From Dehalococcoidia bacterium (GTDB lineage Bacteria; Chloroflexota; Dehalococcoidia; Bin125), in NCBI GenBank assembly GCA_965263065.1, contig CBDHGH010000003.1, forward strand, positions 2,565,592 to 2,629,591: 64,000 nucleotides of DNA, read 5' to 3'. The notes beneath the pieces were generated by a model. That model was not told the DNA's origin. It did no database searches and saw nothing but the letters and a program-made list of their open reading frames with translations. This document shows, in pieces, positions 57,460 to 64,000 of the stretch (position 1 is its first letter; each line of letters starts with the position of its first letter). A program made the translations under genes and the position numbers.

Positions 57460-58236
57460 TCAGAAGCCGAGCGGCCGGGGCGCCGGTCGCAGCGCCGCGC
57501 GGTCGCTGGCGCGGACCGGCGTAAAGCTGTAGCGATGCTCCGCGCACGGACCGTGGCGGCGCAGGGCGTCCAGATGCGCGGGCGTCCCGTAGCCCTTGTT
57601 GGCGGCGAAGCCGTAGCCCGGATAGGCGGCGGCGCGGGTCTCCATCCAGGCATCACGCGCGACCTTCGCCACCACCGACGCGGCGGCGATGCTGGTAGAG
57701 GACGCATCACCCCCGATGATCGTCTCGAACGCACAATCAAAGTGGTGCGCGTCGCGGCCGTCGACCAGGACGTAGCTGACGGGCACGCCGACCCGCTCGG
57801 CGAGGTCGCTCAGGGCGCGGCGCATCGCCAATCGGGTGGCCTGCAGGATGCCCACGCTGTCGATCTCCTGAACGGCGGCCCAACCCACGCCCCAGCCCGG
57901 CACGACGTCCTTGATGGCGGCGGCGAGCTCGCGCCGGGCGCGGGCCGAGAGCTGCTTGCTGTCGCGGACCCGGCCCAGCCAGCCCGGCCGCGACCGAGGG
58001 TCGAGGCAGACGGCGCCCGCGACGACGGGCCCGGCGAGCGGCCCGCGACCGACCTCGTCCACTCCGGCGACGACCCCGTACCCGGACGCCCAGAGCTGGA
58101 GTTCCCGGCGCCGGGTCGGACGCTGGGCGCCGCGTCGCCGGGGGGCAGCCCCCGCCCGGGGTGGAGTGATCCGCCCGGGACGCTGCCCGGGAGCAGGGTT
58201 GGGCGGCAGCGGCGGTTGGAAGGAGGAGGTCAGCAT
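57460..58236 (-). CDS. rnhB: ribonuclease HII
   Basis: Motifs VAGVDEVGRGPLAGPVV and D/E...D; start uncertain, with a Pro/Arg-rich N-terminal extension. Confidence 0.8.
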   Translation of the reverse strand: MLTSSFQPPLPPNPAPGQRPGRITPPRAGAAPRRRGAQRPTRRRELQLWASGYGVVAGVDEVGRGPLAGPVVAGAVCLDPRSRPGWLGRVRDSKQLSARARRELAAAIKDVVPGWGVGWAAVQEIDSVGILQATRLAMRRALSDLAERVGVPVSYVLVDGRDAHHFDCAFETIIGGDASSTSIAAASVVAKVARDAWMETRAAAYPGYGFAANKGYGTPAHLDALRRHGPCAEHRYSFTPVRASDRAALRPAPRPLGF

Positions 58237-58514
58237 GGGGTTGCTCGGCAGCCCAGGGGAATTGCGCCCGCAGGTGACCGGATCGTAGGCGCGGGCGGCG
58301 GCGGGGAGAAGGGGCGGGCTGCGTCCACCCATCGGGGGCGACGAGGCGGGCGGCCATCACCCCGCGATGACCGGGAATTGCGAACGTTACCGGCGAAACG
58401 TCGCCGGCCGGCGGGGGCGGGATCGGAGGCGTCCCCTGCTATATTGCCAGTGCAGATATTTCCAGTGGACCCGGGGCCGCTGCGGGGCGGGGGAGGGTCT
58501 GGAAAGAGGTCGCC

Positions 58515-60515
<2,001 letters not shown>

Positions 60516-60644
60516 TCCCCGCGTCACGGCGCCGGGCGGAGACTTGGGACGATTGGGGGCCCGGCGGCGCGGTCACTTGCCCCCCCATCGGGGGGCTCGT
60601 AGGCTGTTCCGGTACCCCTTCAACAGATGAGGTTCACGAAGACG

Positions 60645-61343
60645 ATGTACGCCGTCATCCGCACCGGCGGGAAGCAATATCGCGTGGAGGCGGGCCAGCA
60701 GCTCCGAGTGGAGAAGCTGTCCGGCGCCGCCGGCGACCGCGTGGAGTTCCCCGAGGTCCTCATGATCGGCGGCGACGGCGATGTCGCGGTCGGTACGCCG
60801 ACCGTTGAGCACGCGAGGGTCGTTGGGGAGATCGTGGAGCAGGGCCGCGGCCGCAAGATCACGGTCTTCAAGTACAAGAGCAAGACGCGCTATCGCCGGC
60901 TGCGCGGGCACCGGCAGCAGCAGACGTTGCTGGCGATCACCGAGATCCAATCTCCCGACGGACGGTCGGCCTCATGGGAGTTGCGCCGGCCGGGGGCGCT
61001 GACAGCGGAGTTGGACGACGCGCCGGCGGACCTGCGGGAGGACCTGCGGGAGGACGACCCGGAGGAGAGCGGCGTGGAGGCGACGCTCGTCGCCGAGGAG
61101 CCGGCAGCCCCGGAGGTCGTCGAGTCGGAGGTCGTCGAGGCAGCGCCGTCGGACGAGGCAGCGCCGTCGGACGAGGCAGCAGCAGTTGAAGAGGCCGGGG
61201 AGGCCGGGGCCGCGGAGACGGCGCCGGAGCCCGCGACCGCCGAGATCGCCGACGATGCGCCGGAGGCGGTCGCCAAGCCCGCAGCCCGGGCCCGCAAGAC
61301 CGGCGCTAAGAAGGCCGCCGCCAAGAAGGCTGAGGAAGAGTAA
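60645..61343 (+). CDS. rplU: 50S ribosomal protein L21 with a roughly 130-aa acidic Ala/Glu/Pro-rich C-terminal extension
   Basis: L21 core [18 protein letters not shown]; tail ...[29 protein letters not shown]...[11 protein letters not shown]. Confidence 0.85.
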   Translation: MYAVIRTGGKQYRVEAGQQLRVEKLSGAAGDRVEFPEVLMIGGDGDVAVGTPTVEHARVVGEIVEQGRGRKITVFKYKSKTRYRRLRGHRQQQTLLAITEIQSPDGRSASWELRRPGALTAELDDAPADLREDLREDDPEESGVEATLVAEEPAAPEVVESEVVEAAPSDEAAPSDEAAAVEEAGEAGAAETAPEPATAEIADDAPEAVAKPAARARKTGAKKAAAKKAEEE

Positions 61344-61624
61344 TGGCGCACAAGAAGGGGGTCGGGTCGTCCCGCAACGGCCGCGACAGCAATGCCAAGC
61401 GCCTGGGCGTCAAACTGTACGATGGCCAACTCGTGCGCACGGGCGGGATCATCGTGCGGCAGCGCGGGACGCGGATTCACGCCGGCAGCAACGTGGGCGT
61501 GGGTCGCGACCACACGCTGTTCGCGCTGGCGGATGGCAAGATCAAGTTCGCCCCCTTCGCCAAGGGACGCCGCAAGCAGGTGAGCGTCCAGCCGATGGCG
61601 GTGGGGGTGCGAGAACTCTCATGA
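61343..61624 (+). CDS. rpmA: 50S ribosomal protein L27
   Basis: [24 protein letters not shown]; ATG overlaps the rplU stop. Confidence 0.9.
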   Translation: MAHKKGVGSSRNGRDSNAKRLGVKLYDGQLVRTGGIIVRQRGTRIHAGSNVGVGRDHTLFALADGKIKFAPFAKGRRKQVSVQPMAVGVRELS

Positions 61625-61827
61625 AGGCCGACATCCATCCCAAGTACGGACCGGCGACGGTTCACTGCGGCTGCGGCAACTCCTGGGAGACCCGCGGGAC
61701 CAAGGCCGACATGCGGATCGAGGTCTGCAGCCAGTGCCATCCGTTCTTCACGGGCGAGCAGCGCATCGTGGACACAGCGGGCCGCGTGGAGCGGTACCGG
61801 CGTCGCTTCGGGCTGCCCGGGGACTAG
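61621..61827 (+). CDS. rpmE: 50S ribosomal protein L31
   Basis: MKADIHPKY...CGCG...[10 protein letters not shown]; ATGA overlap with rpmA. Confidence 0.85.
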   Translation: MKADIHPKYGPATVHCGCGNSWETRGTKADMRIEVCSQCHPFFTGEQRIVDTAGRVERYRRRFGLPGD

Positions 61828-61853
61828 CCGGGGCCGGCCAGCGGTACAGACGG

Positions 61854-61883
61854 ACGACCGGCGCGCGCCGGTCGTTGTCGATC
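61854..61883 (+). terminator. Perfect 22-nt palindrome ACGACCGGCGCGCGCCGGTCGT followed by TGTCGATC, after rpmE
   Basis: Seen in the sequence. Confidence 0.5.
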
Positions 61884-61908
61884 AACGGAGAGCCCGTATC
61901 TTGGCGAC

Positions 61909-62844
61909 ATGAGTCTGCGCGAACAACATCGGGCGGTCCGCCAAGGCTACGGCGGCCAGGCCGTGATCGAGGGCGTGATGATCCGCGGCCCCCGGCACGC
62001 GACCGTGGTCTGCCGGCGGCCGGACGGGACCGTGGCCAGCCGGGCCCGGGCGCTGCGCTCGTCGTACACCGGCCGGGCGCGCAAGACGCCGCTGCTGCGC
62101 GGCGTGATCATCCTCTGGGAGACGCTGCACCTGGGGATGTGGGCGCTGCTGTTCTCGCAGAACGTGGCGCTGGCCGAGGAGCCCGCCGACGAGGACAAGG
62201 GCATGGGCGTGCTGAACGTGATCACGATGCTGATCGCGTTCAGTATCGCGATCGGGATCTTCTTCCTCGCGCCCATCGTCGGGACGCGCTGGCTGGTCGC
62301 CCGCATCGATCCCGACATCATCGCGATCGTGCTGGAGGGGGTGCTGCGGCTGGCCCTGCTGTTGGGCTACCTGGCCTTGATCGGACGGATGAGCGAGATC
62401 AAGCGGGTCTTTGAGTACCACGGGGCCGAGCACATGACGATCGCCGCCTGGGAGTCGGAGCAGGCGCTCACGGTCGAGAACGTGCGGCGCTACAGCCGGG
62501 CGCACCCGCGCTGCGGGACGTCGTTCCTGCTGGTCGTCGCGGTGGTGGCGATTCTGGTCTTCACGGCGCTGGGCACGCCGCCGCTGTGGTGGCACCTCAC
62601 CAGCCGCATCGTGTTCATTCCGGTCATCGCGGCGATCGCCTACGAGGCCATCCGCTTCGGCGGCAGCCACCGGCACATCCGGCTCGTCAACTGGCTGTTC
62701 GCGCCCAACCTCTGGCTGCAGGCGCTGACGACGCGCGCGCCGCAGGACGACCAGATCGAGGTCGCGATCACGGCGATGGAAACGGCCCTGGCACACGAAC
62801 TCGCGGACGCGCCGGCCGTCGCGGAGCCCGCGCCGGGCAGCTAG
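61909..62844 (+). CDS. DUF1385 (YqhQ-like) membrane protein
   Basis: Motif GGQAVIEGVMIRG...EYHGAEH; follows rpmE as is typical. Confidence 0.72.
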   Translation: MSLREQHRAVRQGYGGQAVIEGVMIRGPRHATVVCRRPDGTVASRARALRSSYTGRARKTPLLRGVIILWETLHLGMWALLFSQNVALAEEPADEDKGMGVLNVITMLIAFSIAIGIFFLAPIVGTRWLVARIDPDIIAIVLEGVLRLALLLGYLALIGRMSEIKRVFEYHGAEHMTIAAWESEQALTVENVRRYSRAHPRCGTSFLLVVAVVAILVFTALGTPPLWWHLTSRIVFIPVIAAIAYEAIRFGGSHRHIRLVNWLFAPNLWLQALTTRAPQDDQIEVAITAMETALAHELADAPAVAEPAPGS

Positions 62845-63758
62845 TCGAAGGCCGCGATTACCTCTTCATCGAGCCGCTGGAAGTCGTCCGGGGTGTTGTA
62901 GAGCACTCCGAACATGATCTCCTGGGCGCCCGTGTCGATCAGCTCACCGACGCGCTGGACCACGTAGTCGGCCGGGCCGGCGACCGTGTTGGGTCCGATG
63001 GCCGCGATGAAGCGCTCGGCGCTGGCCGGATCGTCCGTGAGGCGGACGGGCACGAGCACGGTGGGCGTGATCTCGGCCGGGTCGCGGCCGACGTCGGCGC
63101 AGTGCTTTTCCACCACGTCCAGCTTGTGCCTGAGCAGCTCGGCGGAGACGCCCTTGCCGGCCCAGCCGTCGAGGTTGAGGACGTCGCCGTACATCGCGAG
63201 GGTGCGCAGGGTGCGCTTCTCGCCGGTGCCGCCGACGAGAAGCGGGATCGGGGCGTCGTAGCTTCCGGGCGACAGGGGCGCATCGTCCAGCGAGTAGTAG
63301 CGGCCCTGGAAGTCGACGGGCTCCTCGGCGTGGATGAGGGCGCGGAGCAGTTGCATCGCCTCCTGGAAGCGGTCCTGGCGCTCCTTCATGGAGGGGAAGT
63401 TCCAGCCGTAGGCCTCATGCTCACGCTGGAACCAGGAGGCGCCGATGCCCAGCACGAAGCGGCCATGCGAAATGTGGTCGATGCTGCCGGCGATCTTGGC
63501 CACGTGCGCGGGGTTGCGGTAGGTGTTGCCCAGCACGAGGTGGCCGATGCGCAGGGTCTCGGTGATCGAGGCCGCGGCGCCAGCGAGCGCCATCGCCTCG
63601 TAGGCGGGGAGGGGCTCCTGGTCGCGAGGCCGGTTGGGCGGCACGAAGTGATCGGCGAACCAGACGCTGCTCCAGCGGCCGGCGTCCATCGTCTCGACGA
63701 CGGAGCGGATGTCGTCCCAGGACGTGCGGTAGGCGCTGACCTGTGCGCCGAATTTCAT
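62841..63758 (-). CDS. LLM-class (luciferase-like) F420-dependent oxidoreductase
   Basis: 305 aa; paralogue of 22968..23903. Confidence 0.8.
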   Translation of the reverse strand: MKFGAQVSAYRTSWDDIRSVVETMDAGRWSSVWFADHFVPPNRPRDQEPLPAYEAMALAGAAASITETLRIGHLVLGNTYRNPAHVAKIAGSIDHISHGRFVLGIGASWFQREHEAYGWNFPSMKERQDRFQEAMQLLRALIHAEEPVDFQGRYYSLDDAPLSPGSYDAPIPLLVGGTGEKRTLRTLAMYGDVLNLDGWAGKGVSAELLRHKLDVVEKHCADVGRDPAEITPTVLVPVRLTDDPASAERFIAAIGPNTVAGPADYVVQRVGELIDTGAQEIMFGVLYNTPDDFQRLDEEVIAAFD

Positions 63759-63835
63759 GGCGGGGCTCCTTGGCGGATGCGGACGCGCGGGTTGCGACCG
63801 GCGCGAGGATAGCGCGGGGGGCGCGTCCGCGCCGC

Positions 63836-64000
63836 TCAGTCGTCGTGCAGGGCGCGGTAGAAGCAGCTGCGCTCCCCGGTGTGACAGCTGGGCCCGGCCG
63901 GCTCGGCCCGGACCAGGAGCGCGTCGACGTCGCAGTCCTTGCGGATCGACTTGAGGCGCAAGACGTTGCCGCTGGTCTCGCCCTTGGTCCAGTACTCCTC
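63836..64000 (-). CDS. hisI: phosphoribosyl-AMP cyclohydrolase (C-terminal fragment; 5' end beyond the window)
   Basis: The reverse complement translates to ...[51 protein letters not shown]. Confidence 0.7.
   Translation of the reverse strand, partial: EEYWTKGETSGNVLRLKSIRKDCDVDALLVRAEPAGPSCHTGERSCFYRALHDD

Overview
This is a 64 kb window of a very GC-rich (about 70%) bacterial chromosome. The gene content (F420-type luciferase-like oxidoreductases, a fused accD-accA, an H+-pyrophosphatase, a Tat-signal lipoprotein) points to an actinobacterial or Chloroflexi/Thermomicrobia-like genome. I did not recognise the species. Most of the window is densely packed housekeeping DNA:
- Purine and histidine biosynthesis: purB-purC-purS on the plus strand; a his operon (hypothetical protein-hisD-hisC-hisB) on the minus strand; a distant hisI fragment at the window end.
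- Cofactor and lipid genes: panB-panC, birA with a BioA-like aminotransferase, fabD, acpP and a fused accD-accA.
- DNA repair and replication: uvrA, uvrB, ruvA, ruvC, polA, mutM, a family-4 UDG and yebC.
- Division and envelope: ftsK, ftsH, murE, tatA/tatC and nfeD.
- Translation and RNA metabolism: rpmF, rplU-rpmA-rpmE, glyQS, nusB, RNase J, RNase HI, RNase HII, YraN and an unannotated RNase P RNA (rnpB).

Many long ORFs in the supplied track are antisense or out-of-frame artefacts of the high GC content and were discarded.

Against this core background, the accessory-looking or unusual items are:
1. A tightly packed minus-strand operon, DUF164 zinc-ribbon protein - large serine-recombinase homologue apparently lacking the catalytic Ser/Arg residues - RNase HI - rnpB. 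This looks like a domesticated recombinase inserted into the conserved RNase H/zinc-ribbon neighbourhood, and I consider it the most intriguing candidate for an undescribed system.
2. A lower-GC single gene encoding an N-terminal PD-(D/E)xK (NERD/NucS-like) nuclease domain fused to an uncharacterised roughly 300-aa C-terminal region, a candidate defence or mobile-DNA protein.
3. Two inverted copies, about 32 kb apart, of an unusual element built from 10-bp-periodic TGCACAC repeats.
4. An orphan Tat-lipoprotein ABC substrate-binding protein with a roughly 270-aa Ala/Glu-rich spacer. Its gene is bracketed by two direct copies of a GC-rich hairpin element and preceded by a 13-nt poly-C/G tract placed just upstream of a perfect -10 box, a candidate phase-variation switch.
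5. An orphan HicB-like antitoxin, a strongly RBS-supported 39-aa membrane peptide, and a hypothetical protein whose CxxC...CxxC zinc ribbon lies in-frame upstream of any canonical start codon.

No CRISPR arrays, tRNAs, transposases or prophage blocks were seen.
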